Below, piece by piece: positions 1-8,898 of a DNA stretch of 64,000 nucleotides; the first letter of the stretch is position 1, and the number at the start of each line of letters is the position of its first letter. This DNA comes from Methanobacteriota archaeon (lineage in GTDB: Archaea; Halobacteriota; Bog-38; Methanoflorentales; Methanoflorentaceae), in the NCBI GenBank assembly GCA_963720465.1, contig OY970393.1:2112001-2176000 (forward strand). Reading direction: 5' to 3'. Position numbers and translations under genes: made by a program. Below the pieces are notes generated by a model that did not search any database, was not told where the DNA came from, and worked only from the letters and a program-made list of their open reading frames with translations.

Positions 1-179
1 CTCTGCCTCGTTGAGGTTAGCTCGCGGCCCTACCAGAATCGATGTGACAAACGTAGTCGACGTCTGAGCGAGCTGTTCTTTCAACTCGAGAGCAAACGTT
101 CGCAAATACAACCCATCAAGCCGTTCGGCTCTGCCGAGGCAGTAGCTGCACGCCGCCCCGTATAATACCACGTGCCAGT

Positions 180-188
180 AAAAAAAAA
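180..188 (-). terminator. Oligo-T terminator after the CMD-family gene
   Basis: T9 on the minus strand immediately after the stop codon. Confidence 0.5.
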
Positions 189-509
189 TTATTTCTCCAG
201 TTCCCCCAATATCTTCATGGCCTTGGTGAAGGGCGGCATTCCCGATGTCAGTAAAACCACTCTCAGGACATCCACTATCTCTTCCTTGGTGATTCCCAGC
301 TCCTTCATGCCGCTCACCATCTGCTTCTTGGCGGCCCGGTCGTCCGAGGCGGCGGCAGTGATGGCTATGGCAATCAGCTTCTGGGTCTTGTAGTCCAAGA
401 CCTTACCAGTATAAGCTGCCTCATTCAAAGATACAATGGCTTTATAGAGGTCTGGATATTCGTTCTTGGTCCTTGCCATTCCCTCGCCGAAAAAGACTTC
501 ATCCTTCAT
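189..509 (-). CDS. Carboxymuconolactone decarboxylase (CMD/AhpD-like) family protein
   Basis: 106 aa; LDYKTQKLIAIAI...GITKEEIVDVL pattern; no CxxC. Confidence 0.8.
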   Translation of the reverse strand: MKDEVFFGEGMARTKNEYPDLYKAIVSLNEAAYTGKVLDYKTQKLIAIAITAAASDDRAAKKQMVSGMKELGITKEEIVDVLRVVLLTSGMPPFTKAMKILGELEK

Positions 510-1113
510 AACATCTCACTGGATATTCCTTGTCGTCCTTGGAATTATAGATTTCGTCATTCTCTGACCAAAGACCAGATCAGGATTCTAAGCTGTGCAT
601 CTCGCGCTCTCTTTCGACCCTTTCTAATGGCTCTTCTAGCGGTTTGGTATGTAAGGAAGCAGCAAAGAGGTTGTAGAGTGCTTCTTGGTTAATTTTTCCT
701 GTATAAATCTGAGAATTGATGGCTTGCACACCGTTCCCGGTGAGATGTGAGAGTAGAAACTGTGCTATGGTGGTGCTCAAACCATGAAGTGGTCAAAATG
801 AATACGTTCCAACGATCATACGTTCGTTAGATCCTTCTTTTTTCCACGACCTTGGTTACCGCCGTTTAACTGGTGCCTTCTCTTTTTTGGCGGGTTCTTC
901 TGCGTTCGATGTTTAGTCAAGAGGGTCCAATCATAATGATTAAGTGTGCGGCGCCGCTACGCACGTACTATGCTAGCTGCTGAATGTTCCCCATATTATG
1001 ATGTGATGTCAAACCGCGAGCTGCTGGAGATTCACCGCAGCAAAATCTCACTTCACGAGGTGAATGGAAACAGAATCTGAGCGGTTAAGATGCTTGGCGG
1101 CAATCAATAACCT

Positions 1114-1521
1114 ATGCAACCAATCTGCACGCACAAAATCAGCGTTCAGAGTTCAAAGCCGTCGCACGCATATCCGATTATACGGCTGCCGCGTGAGTTT
1201 AGCGGGCTTGTAGGTGCCGCTGCTACCATCTATCAAACAGTCCACGATGGAGCACAAGCATTCCTTGTGGTCGTCAACAGTCAGCAAGACCATAAGCTCA
1301 AAATGGGCTCAGAATCAAAAAAGAGGCTTTATTATGGCAATGGTCGCACATCCTGGTACCACGCGTTGACAAAATCAACTAAGCCTTGCTGTTTCGCGAT
1401 TTCGACAGCGATCATGTGGCTGCATTTCATGATATTTCGTGAGGCATTGAACAAGAAGTCCTTACAGGTGCACGCAGCGTCTTCGACAATGTACTCATCA
1501 GCCTCTCCCACGACAACATAA
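1114..1521 (+). CDS. Small hypothetical protein, probably truncated, possibly of mobile-element origin
   Basis: Protein-like N-terminal ~60 aa (YPIIRLPREF...AFLVVV); the frame then runs 190 nt antisense into the SWIM gene. Confidence 0.4.
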   Translation: MQPICTHKISVQSSKPSHAYPIIRLPREFSGLVGAAATIYQTVHDGAQAFLVVVNSQQDHKLKMGSESKKRLYYGNGRTSWYHALTKSTKPCCFAISTAIMWLHFMIFREALNKKSLQVHAASSTMYSSASPTTT

Positions 1522-1652
1522 AAGTCTTTATAGCGTTTAACGCGTCCTTCTTTCGCTATTTCAAGTCCCTTTTTGCCTCGATTGCCGTATTCGCGCTCGA
1601 TTTGTTGCTTAAAGGCATCCGCAAACAAAGGTCCTTCTCCTACCTTACTCAT
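1332..1652 (-). CDS. SWIM zinc-finger protein
   Basis: CTCKDF-x8-KCSHMIAV (CxC...CxH). Confidence 0.85.
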   Translation of the reverse strand: MSKVGEGPLFADAFKQQIEREYGNRGKKGLEIAKEGRVKRYKDFYVVVGEADEYIVEDAACTCKDFLFNASRNIMKCSHMIAVEIAKQQGLVDFVNAWYQDVRPLP

Positions 1653-1677
1653 ATGTGTCCGCGTTGGCGATTTTTTG

Positions 1678-2409
1678 TCATTGGTGGTCGTAGACGAGGC
1701 CCAAAAGCCTCGGCCTATCGTCGATGAACTCGCCGCCTAACCGTTGCGCTAGGATTTGCATTGCTGGCGCTTCAGTCGCATAGTGCGTGGCGTCAATAAG
1801 AGAAAGATGTCCTTCTGCGCAGCGAATAGCGTCGTGCTTCAGCTCGGCTGAAAGAAGCGCGTCAACGCCAGCTGCGATTGCCTTCTCAGTTGCGTCAAAG
1901 CCGCTGCCGCCAATCACGGCGACTTTTTCGACGATTCCGCTCCCCGTGAACAGGACGTGTGTGCCAAGTTTTAGTGCCACGTGCTTAACAAAATCAACTG
2001 TGCTGACGGGATCGATTATACCCATTCTTCCGATGCCAAATGGTTCGATGTCTTGCAATCCTACGAGTTTCGCCAACACATCGTTGACCCCTCCAGGCGC
2101 CGCATCGTAGTTGGTATGCAAGACGTAAAACGACAAACCGTTCTCTAAGATGAGCGTTAGCTGTTTTTGAATACGCAAAGGAACTTTAGTGATAGGACTC
2201 CAAATTAGCGTGTGATGCGTGATAAGGACATCGGCCTCGTTCTGGACTGCCTTTTGAATCACGTTCGCTGTTGGATCTAATGCAACAGCTACCGAGTTTG
2301 CTTCGTCTCTCCCGCGAGCTATAAGCCCGATTCGCCCATCATCGATCGGCTCGGCAAGTTCAGGTGGCGCAATGGCTTCGAGTGTTTCGATCAGCGAGTA
2401 TAAGTCCAT
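1678..2409 (-). CDS. Nif3-like dinuclear metal-centre protein (DUF34)
   Basis: LITHHTLIW, LHTNYD, ELKHD and HYATE motifs. Confidence 0.92.
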   Translation of the reverse strand: MDLYSLIETLEAIAPPELAEPIDDGRIGLIARGRDEANSVAVALDPTANVIQKAVQNEADVLITHHTLIWSPITKVPLRIQKQLTLILENGLSFYVLHTNYDAAPGGVNDVLAKLVGLQDIEPFGIGRMGIIDPVSTVDFVKHVALKLGTHVLFTGSGIVEKVAVIGGSGFDATEKAIAAGVDALLSAELKHDAIRCAEGHLSLIDATHYATEAPAMQILAQRLGGEFIDDRPRLLGLVYDHQ

Positions 2410-2526
2410 AAAGATTAATCAGCACGCGTTATCTTCACTTCTGCGAGCTTCCAGTCGTCGCCGACGCCGTGAATAGACAAGAGCACGCCGCCGATTATTC
2501 CGGCAAAGATATCTTGGACGAACTGG

Positions 2527-3456
2527 TTAACAGGTACCCGCTTTCCGTCGACTATAAGCTCCGCCAAGGAATCTTGGTTTGTAATATGGCTCCCTCCTTT
2601 GGACTGCCCTCATAATAAGTTCCAACGCGCGTTCGTCGGACAAGTTGTCGATTCCTCGCACATCCACGAGGTTATCGTTTCTGAGAAGACAAGGCTTAAG
2701 CTTTGCGTCTGACGTGACCCGCAGCCTATTACAGTTCATGCAAAACTCGGTATTATCTATGGGGCGAACAATTTCAATTTCGGCGTTGTTGATCTCGAAC
2801 TTCTTTCTTTTATGCAAGGTATTTGCGGTCGTTCTATTTGACAGCCCTTCCAGTGTACTTTCTATAATGCGCAGATTAGATCCCCGTAGCTCCGGGCGAC
2901 TCTTGAAGTCCATTAATTCGATCAGTTGCAAAACCATCTCTTTTCCTTGCACGTACCTGATCATATCCCCGATCTCATGGTCATTTATCCCGTCCATCAC
3001 GACCATGTTTATCTTAACAGGCGTTAGGTCTGCTTCAAGGGCTGCGTCGACTCCTCTCAAAACGTTTTCAATCTCTCCCCCGGTCAGTTTCTTATAGGTC
3101 GCTGCGTTTAGCGTATCTACGCTTACGTTTATTCGATCAAGTCCTTCTACGTCGCGGATCCGCTCAGCGAGGAGTTGACCGTTGGTAGTCATTGAAATGT
3201 CTTCGAACGGGGGCAACGCCTCGATGACTTCGCGAATGTCTTTGCGCAGCAGCGGCTCTCCGCCTGAAAACTTGACTTTCGTGACTCCTTCATCATAGCA
3301 GAGTCGAGCGATTTTTGCTATCTCAGGCACAGAGATCTCATGCGGGCGGGCACTGTGCAGTTCTCCTTCTTCGTGACAATATATGCAGTTGAGATTGCAT
3401 TTGTGCGTCAGCGAAATACGCAGACTCTTGATGGGACGGTCGTACGGGTCAAACAT
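2527..3456 (-). CDS. moaA: GTP 3',8-cyclase (radical SAM, Moco biosynthesis)
   Basis: LRISLTHKCNLNCIYCHEEG, GGEPLLR, C-terminal FCMNCNRLR...KPCL; start placed at ATG 3456 downstream of a TTTATATA box (3486-3493, minus strand). Confidence 0.95.
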   Translation of the reverse strand: MFDPYDRPIKSLRISLTHKCNLNCIYCHEEGELHSARPHEISVPEIAKIARLCYDEGVTKVKFSGGEPLLRKDIREVIEALPPFEDISMTTNGQLLAERIRDVEGLDRINVSVDTLNAATYKKLTGGEIENVLRGVDAALEADLTPVKINMVVMDGINDHEIGDMIRYVQGKEMVLQLIELMDFKSRPELRGSNLRIIESTLEGLSNRTTANTLHKRKKFEINNAEIEIVRPIDNTEFCMNCNRLRVTSDAKLKPCLLRNDNLVDVRGIDNLSDERALELIMRAVQRREPYYKPRFLGGAYSRRKAGTC

Positions 3457-3662
3457 GCTCTCACTATACATGTATCGATGTGATTGTATATAAACATCGA
3501 GCTGCGTTTTCACGCCGCTCCGTCGCTCTTTTTTGCGCGGCGCCCTCTCAAAGCGTCATTTTGCAGGTGCGTGTGTTGATGCGCGGCGCTTTCGCTCAGG
3601 CACTTGAGTAATCCTGTCGATGCACTACCGTCGGACGCAAGTGAAGTGTTTTCTTCGAAGCA

Positions 3663-3680
3663 GAAGAAAACGATATATAA
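3663..3680 (+). promoter_or_regulatory. BRE/TATA promoter for the ncRNA at 3701
   Basis: GAAGAAAACG-ATATATAA about 20-25 nt upstream of the first paired base of the structured RNA. Confidence 0.6.
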
Positions 3681-3700
3681 CATCTTCAATATACATATTA

Positions 3701-3945
3701 GTGCTCCTAAGAGGACTGATATAACGTATCACGTGCGTGTTTGGATGATTATCGGTGCATATGGGAGCAAAAATGCCCCGTTACGTATAGGTCCTTGTTT
3801 GAGTGCCTGGCGAACGCCTTTTGATGATAACAAGACAACCCCGTAATGGCAAAGGTCGCATCACGCCCTGGCACGAGGGTAACTGAAGGGGACAGCGAAG
3901 ATTTCAATAGAATGAACCTTCGGAGTTAGTGCGTCAGGGCAAAGA
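3701..3945 (+). ncRNA. Structured ncRNA, probable multi-domain box H/ACA guide RNA (last hairpin complementary to 23S helix 69)
   Basis: Stems GCCCTGGC(3865-72)/GTCAGGGC(3933-40) and CTGAAGG(3883-89)/CCTTCGG(3917-23); pocket GAGGGT + AGTTA; K-turn-like GAT/TGA apex; AAA after the stem; G-U pairs favour the + strand; T-rich tract follows. Confidence 0.7.
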
Positions 3946-3973
3946 CCAATATTTCTATCTTTTCATCCCGTTT

Positions 3974-4312
3974 ATGCAGCTTGAAGGCGCACTGAGGGCC
4001 GTACCAGAAGGCGTTGCGATTCGCATTCAGGTTACGCCAGGTTCGCGATACCTAGGCGTTGGGAAGTACGATGGGTGGCGGCACGCTATACATTTAAAGC
4101 TCACCGAGCCCGCGCAGAAGGGAAAAGCCAACGAGGAGCTCGTCAGATACCTAGCGGCTTTGTTCAACAAGCCTGCGAAAGACGTGCACTTGGTTTGCGG
4201 TCACACTAGCAGTCAGAAAGTGGTGTTATTGTACAATACCAACGTCCTGGAAGCTCAGTCGGTTATTAGCCAGGCTATAGAAAATAGTGCCACCCAGACA
4301 AAGCAGTCGTAG
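3974..4312 (+). CDS. DUF167/YggU (UPF0235) family protein
   Basis: IQVTPGS...PAQKGKANEELVRYLA...GHTSSQK. Confidence 0.88.
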   Translation: MQLEGALRAVPEGVAIRIQVTPGSRYLGVGKYDGWRHAIHLKLTEPAQKGKANEELVRYLAALFNKPAKDVHLVCGHTSSQKVVLLYNTNVLEAQSVISQAIENSATQTKQS

Positions 4313-4507
4313 CGCTTGTCGTGACACATCGGTAGTTTTAATTATTAGCGAGTCAAGATATCATCTGAAAAAGGTCACATTAACCCTACATTCACAATTG
4401 CGGGCAGGCGCTCGCAAACTTACGAAGCGCGACTGTGGAAATAGCAAACGGCTAGTTACTGGATCTTTTGTTCAACAACTTCTGCAGTTTCTAAGGAGTT
4501 GACGATA

Positions 4508-5707
4508 ATGCAAAATTCTGACACTACAAAATACGTTATTTATGCTGACATTCATACCGACGGCGTCGTCGAGAAGCCCGACGTAGTGGGAGCAATATTT
4601 GGACAGACAGAGGGGTTGCTTGGAGACGATTTGGATCTCAGAGAGCTCCAAAAGACAGGCAGGATAGGACGCATTGAGGTAAACATAAGCTCCAAAAGTG
4701 GTAAGTCCGATGGATTCGTCCTCATTTCCTCCTCCCTCGACAAAATTGAGACTTCGATACTCGCAGCATCGTTGGAGACAATCGATCGTGTGGGACCGTG
4801 CATCGCCAACCTTTCCGTTACTAAGATCGAGGATGTCAGAGCGTCGAAGAGACGTCAGATCGTTGATCAGGCAAAGAACATACTTCTCAACAAGTTTGAT
4901 GAAAGCTTGCCAGAGAGCCAAGAACTCACTGAATCCGTAAAGCAGGCTGTGCGAGTCGATGAACTTGTCTCTTATGGTAAAGAAAAACTCCCGTCGGGTC
5001 CTAACGTTCAGGATTCTGACGCAATACTAATCGTTGAAGGACGAGCCGACGTTTTGAATCTGCTCAGGGGCGGCATCAAGAATGCCATAGCTGTTGAAGG
5101 GACGAACGTGCCTAAGGCAGTGATTGAACTGAGCAAGAAGAAGACCGTCACAACGTTCTTGGACGGCGACCGAGGGGGCGAGTTGATCCTCAAGGAGCTC
5201 CTGCAAACCGCTGACGTCGATTACGTCGCGTACGCGCCCGAAGGCAAGAGCGTTGAAGATTTGTCTCAAAAAGAGATCGTAAAGGCGCTAAGAAACAAAC
5301 TGCCCATCGAACAGGTGCTCGAACAAAAGAACAAGAAAAGGCCCTCGCAAAATACTCGAAATAAGCCAGAGCCGGCGCCTCGCGTTGCGCCTATTGAAGC
5401 CAGCGAGCCGTCTCCGCTTGAAAGCAGCTTTAGAAACTACGTAGAGGCGCTGAACGGCACGTTGAATGCGTTTTTGCTCGACGCAGAGGGGAAAGTTTTA
5501 AAAGAGGTAGAAGTGCGGAACCTCGCAAGCGCTCTGAAAGAATCAAATGGCCTTGTCAAAAGTGTCGTTTTTGATGGGGTTATCACTCAGCGTATTCTTG
5601 ATATTGCGGCAGAAAAAGAGCTTGATTATCTAATAGGCGTCAAAATCGGCAATGTCGTTAAAAGGCCGCTTTCGGTCAAAGTACTCACTGTTGAAGATAT
5701 CCAATAA
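4508..5707 (+). CDS. dnaG: Archaeal DnaG (TOPRIM; exosome-associated)
   Basis: [37 protein letters not shown]. Confidence 0.97.
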   Translation: MQNSDTTKYVIYADIHTDGVVEKPDVVGAIFGQTEGLLGDDLDLRELQKTGRIGRIEVNISSKSGKSDGFVLISSSLDKIETSILAASLETIDRVGPCIANLSVTKIEDVRASKRRQIVDQAKNILLNKFDESLPESQELTESVKQAVRVDELVSYGKEKLPSGPNVQDSDAILIVEGRADVLNLLRGGIKNAIAVEGTNVPKAVIELSKKKTVTTFLDGDRGGELILKELLQTADVDYVAYAPEGKSVEDLSQKEIVKALRNKLPIEQVLEQKNKKRPSQNTRNKPEPAPRVAPIEASEPSPLESSFRNYVEALNGTLNAFLLDAEGKVLKEVEVRNLASALKESNGLVKSVVFDGVITQRILDIAAEKELDYLIGVKIGNVVKRPLSVKVLTVEDIQ

Positions 5708-5718
5708 TTATTTAGTTT

Positions 5719-5755
5719 CGGAGCTAGTTGACCAGCTCCGTTTCCAATTTTTTTT
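5719..5755 (+). terminator. Hairpin plus oligo-T terminator after dnaG
   Basis: CGGAGCT-N8-AGCTCCG followed by TTT and T8. Confidence 0.75.
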
Positions 5756-5886
5756 GTCTATCTGTTTTGAGAATTGCCTAGCGCCATCTTTAAATACTTT
5801 TTTTTAGGAAGCATTGTTCCTACATAAATACTTTATACCACGTGATTTTAACATTTGTAGCGTCTAACGACACCGAGGTATGGCCC

Positions 5887-6168
5887 ATGCATAAAGAGGA
5901 ACTTATTCAACTACATACACTGTTGGTTCGAGTCAAAAACTATTTTGAAGAACACACGTGTTGTAATGGTGAATTTGAGCGATACGCATCGCTTCACATC
6001 GGCCCGATGCACATACACAGAAGCAAGGCTGAGCATAAGCACGCGATCTTCGTGCTTGGCAATGAGCTCGCGTCTGTAATGGACTCCGAGGAGCTCTCTG
6101 GTACAGGCAGGATTTCAGTACCAATGCAAGAACTTGCTGCACGAACCGAGATGATAAAACTACGATAG
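5887..6168 (+). CDS. UPF0058 family protein
   Basis: MHKEELIQLH...HIHRSKAEHKHAIFVLG; GAGGT SD upstream. Confidence 0.9.
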   Translation: MHKEELIQLHTLLVRVKNYFEEHTCCNGEFERYASLHIGPMHIHRSKAEHKHAIFVLGNELASVMDSEELSGTGRISVPMQELAARTEMIKLR

Positions 6169-6609
6169 TTGGTTAACTAATCGTTTCTCCATCAAATAGG
6201 CGTCTTCGCCATCTTGGTAATAAGCAGCAATAACCTTGACCAGATTGAAGCCGAGCGATAAGTACAATCGCTGAGCGCCAATGTTGCTCAACCTCACCTC
6301 AAGGAGCAGCCGTAGGATACCTTTTGTGCGCAAGACTTGAAAGAGAGCCTTTAGCAGCATTGAAGCGAACCCCTTGTTTTGGCACCTCTTATCTACGGCT
6401 ATTGACAGGATTTTCACGTCAAATAAAGAGATTACTACAGTGGTCAGGAACCCAACCACGTGACCACCTTCTTCCGCAACAAGGAAACCGTCAGGAAACG
6501 TTTCGTATGCCGTCATAAACAATATAGGGTTGTATTCGCCAAATGCCTCTTTTTCGATCGCTATGACCCGTTCAAAATCTGATGGTCGGAACCTACGAAT
6601 TAAGGACAA
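6160..6609 (-). CDS. rimI: RimI/Ard1-type N-acetyltransferase
   Basis: ILSIAVD..QNKGFA, LEVRLSN, YYQDGEDAYLM. Confidence 0.9.
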   Translation of the reverse strand: MSLIRRFRPSDFERVIAIEKEAFGEYNPILFMTAYETFPDGFLVAEEGGHVVGFLTTVVISLFDVKILSIAVDKRCQNKGFASMLLKALFQVLRTKGILRLLLEVRLSNIGAQRLYLSLGFNLVKVIAAYYQDGEDAYLMEKRLVNQLS

Positions 6610-6677
6610 GAACCAGCTCCTGGCTACGGCCTGTCGACACGGAATATGTATATGCTAACAAAGGATAATTAAAGGCT

Positions 6678-7103
6678 GTGGCTATGTCTGACCGCTGCGT
6701 GGAAGTACTCCCAGAGTTTATACGAAACAACTACTCCGCAAGGCTAGTTGAAGTCGGGAGCGGCAGATATTCGGGAGTCGCTATTGCGCTTCGCTCTAGG
6801 TTTAAGGTGACGGCGACGGACATCCTTGAAATTGATGCGGTCGATCGCCGCTTGAAGCCCATTTACGTCAAAGACGATGTCACGCGTCCAGATCTGCGAC
6901 TGTATCGAGGTGCTAGTTTGATCTATGCCATTCGGCCCCCGATGGAAATTCAGCGAAGCATTATAGAGTTATCTGAGCGAATAGGTGCAGATGCGCTCAT
7001 TAAACCGCTTGGGTCTGAGATTATCGAGGATACGCGATTAAGCTTGATCAATTTTCGCGGAATGCCGATGTACATCGTGAGATACGCGACTGCGATTGAG
7101 TAG
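6678..7103 (+). CDS. UPF0146 family protein
   Basis: VEVGSG, DDVTRPDLRLY, LIYAIRPPMEIQ. Confidence 0.88.
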   Translation: MAMSDRCVEVLPEFIRNNYSARLVEVGSGRYSGVAIALRSRFKVTATDILEIDAVDRRLKPIYVKDDVTRPDLRLYRGASLIYAIRPPMEIQRSIIELSERIGADALIKPLGSEIIEDTRLSLINFRGMPMYIVRYATAIE

Positions 7104-7294
7104 CTCAACTCAGCCTGCTGATCTGGCTTTAGACGTGAATGCTGCCCCAGGCGGCTAGTGCGCACAAGCGGAGCCGCGCAGCCCAGCACTTGCTTGCTAA
7201 CTGCGACTTGTTCAATGTTGCAGCCCCAGTCGGCCGCAGCTGGCCGATCGATAGAGCTATTTTTCATAACAACACCTATTGAATCGCGAATCTT

Positions 7295-8869
7295 ATGGTG
7301 TCAGGCTTTGAAAAATTGACTGCGATCGCGGGCAACGGTGAAGGGGTGGGGCTCGAGTTTAAGGAGTTCTTAACACGAGAAACCCATCTTAAGGGAGAGC
7401 GACGGCAAACTCTCGCGTGTCAAATGAATTACAAACTCCTGCAAGCTGATGGGAAAGCGCAGTATATTGTAGGGATTACCGATTCAGGCTATCTGAAAGG
7501 TATTTCAAGGCCGCAGCTAGATGAGTCAGTGCATGTCTTGCACGCCATCGCTCGCGACGTTGGCGCGGACGTTTGTGGGCTAGAAGAATATGTGGTCAAG
7601 GGAGGTTATATCGGATTAATAACCATTAAAAACGAGCACTCAGAAAGAGACCATATTCTTATTGGAACCGCCGGCCATGTTGACCACGGCAAAAGCACCT
7701 TAGTGGGCACGATTGTAAGCGGCATTCCTGATGATGGGGCAGGAAAAACGAGGCTGTTTTTGGACGTCAAGCCCCATGAAATAGAGAGAGGACTCTCAGC
7801 AGATCTTTCGTACGTAGTGTACGGTTTTAACGAGCACGTCGTCCGACTTAAAAACCCACTTAGCAAGAGAGAACGAGCAGACGTCGTTCAAAATTCCGGA
7901 AAGCTTGTTTCGTTTGTAGATACTGTGGGGCACGAACCGTGGCTCAGAACTACCATAAGGGGAATCGTCGGTCCAAAGCTTGATTACGGCCTTTTAGTCG
8001 TCTCAGCTGACGATGGTGTAACCCACGTCACGCGGGAACATCTAGGCATCTTACTCGCAATGGAACTTCCCACCATTGTCGCATTGACGAAGATCGATAG
8101 AGTTAGTGAGCGGGCTATCCAAGAGGTCGAATCTCAGATCCACGACATCCTGCGTATCGTCGGCCGAGTGCCTTACAAATTGAAAGCGGTCGACGGGGTC
8201 GAGAAGATTTGCGGTAAGGTCGCGCAAGGGCTGCTCGTGCCGATTATACGGACTTCGCCTGTGACTCTTGATGGAATTGAAATCTTGGACGAGCTTTTCA
8301 AGCGCCTGCCAAAAAGGAACATGACTGAGAACGGGGACTTTGAGATTTACATCGACCGCGTTTACCAGATAACTGGCGTTGGGTCCGTAGCCAGCGGCAC
8401 GATCAAGAGCGGCACGGTAGCTGTTGGCGACACGCTCTATCTTGGCCCCGCAAAAGACGATGCATTCTGGCGAGTTAAGATCCAATCGATTGAAATGCAT
8501 CACTGTAAAGTTGAAAAAGCCTCAGCGGGCGATATCGTCGGGCTTGCTGTTAAGGGCGTTAAGCCTCACGACATTGAGCGAGGCATGGTTCTAGCGCGAA
8601 ATAAACCCGCTGCGGTCAGGGAATTTGTCAGTGAAGTATATATCTTGCACCACCCAACGAGGATCGGACACGGTTATGAGCCAGTAATTCACATCGAAAC
8701 GATATCAGAGAGCGTGACCTTTGATCCTGAGCGTGAGTTCATGATGGCCGGCGAGTCTGGGATAGTACGGGTCCGGTTCAAATATCGACCGTATCACGTA
8801 TATATGGGTCAGAAATTCATTTTTAGAGAAGGCAAGAGCAAGGGTGTTGGAACTATAGTAAGCGTTTGA
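7295..8869 (+). CDS. Archaeal GTPBP1-like translational GTPase
   Basis: GHVDHGKST, DTVGHE, TKID; EF-Tu-like domains II/III; N-terminal EFKE domain. Confidence 0.92.
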   Translation: MVSGFEKLTAIAGNGEGVGLEFKEFLTRETHLKGERRQTLACQMNYKLLQADGKAQYIVGITDSGYLKGISRPQLDESVHVLHAIARDVGADVCGLEEYVVKGGYIGLITIKNEHSERDHILIGTAGHVDHGKSTLVGTIVSGIPDDGAGKTRLFLDVKPHEIERGLSADLSYVVYGFNEHVVRLKNPLSKRERADVVQNSGKLVSFVDTVGHEPWLRTTIRGIVGPKLDYGLLVVSADDGVTHVTREHLGILLAMELPTIVALTKIDRVSERAIQEVESQIHDILRIVGRVPYKLKAVDGVEKICGKVAQGLLVPIIRTSPVTLDGIEILDELFKRLPKRNMTENGDFEIYIDRVYQITGVGSVASGTIKSGTVAVGDTLYLGPAKDDAFWRVKIQSIEMHHCKVEKASAGDIVGLAVKGVKPHDIERGMVLARNKPAAVREFVSEVYILHHPTRIGHGYEPVIHIETISESVTFDPEREFMMAGESGIVRVRFKYRPYHVYMGQKFIFREGKSKGVGTIVSV

Positions 8870-8898
8870 AGTTACTTCCACGCAACAGATGCGCTAGT

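Noticed and set aside
1-171. Minus-strand frame from GTG 171 with CSYC (VVLYGAACSYC), thioredoxin-like, next to the CMD gene
   Set aside because: Truncated by the window edge, lies after a T9 terminator, has no SD and no further thioredoxin motifs; cannot be supported
803-812. TACGTTCCAA shared with the repeat at 31998-32007
   Set aside because: Some 10-mer match within 64 kb is expected by chance
3604-3929. ORF 3604-3846 and a 27-aa ORF 3846-3929
   Set aside because: No recognisable motifs; better explained as the promoter and body of the structured RNA
3701-3945. Moco riboswitch for moaA, or RNase P RNA
   Set aside because: Wrong strand relative to moaA, which has its own proximal TATA; no RNase P P4 consensus (GAGGAAAGUCC)
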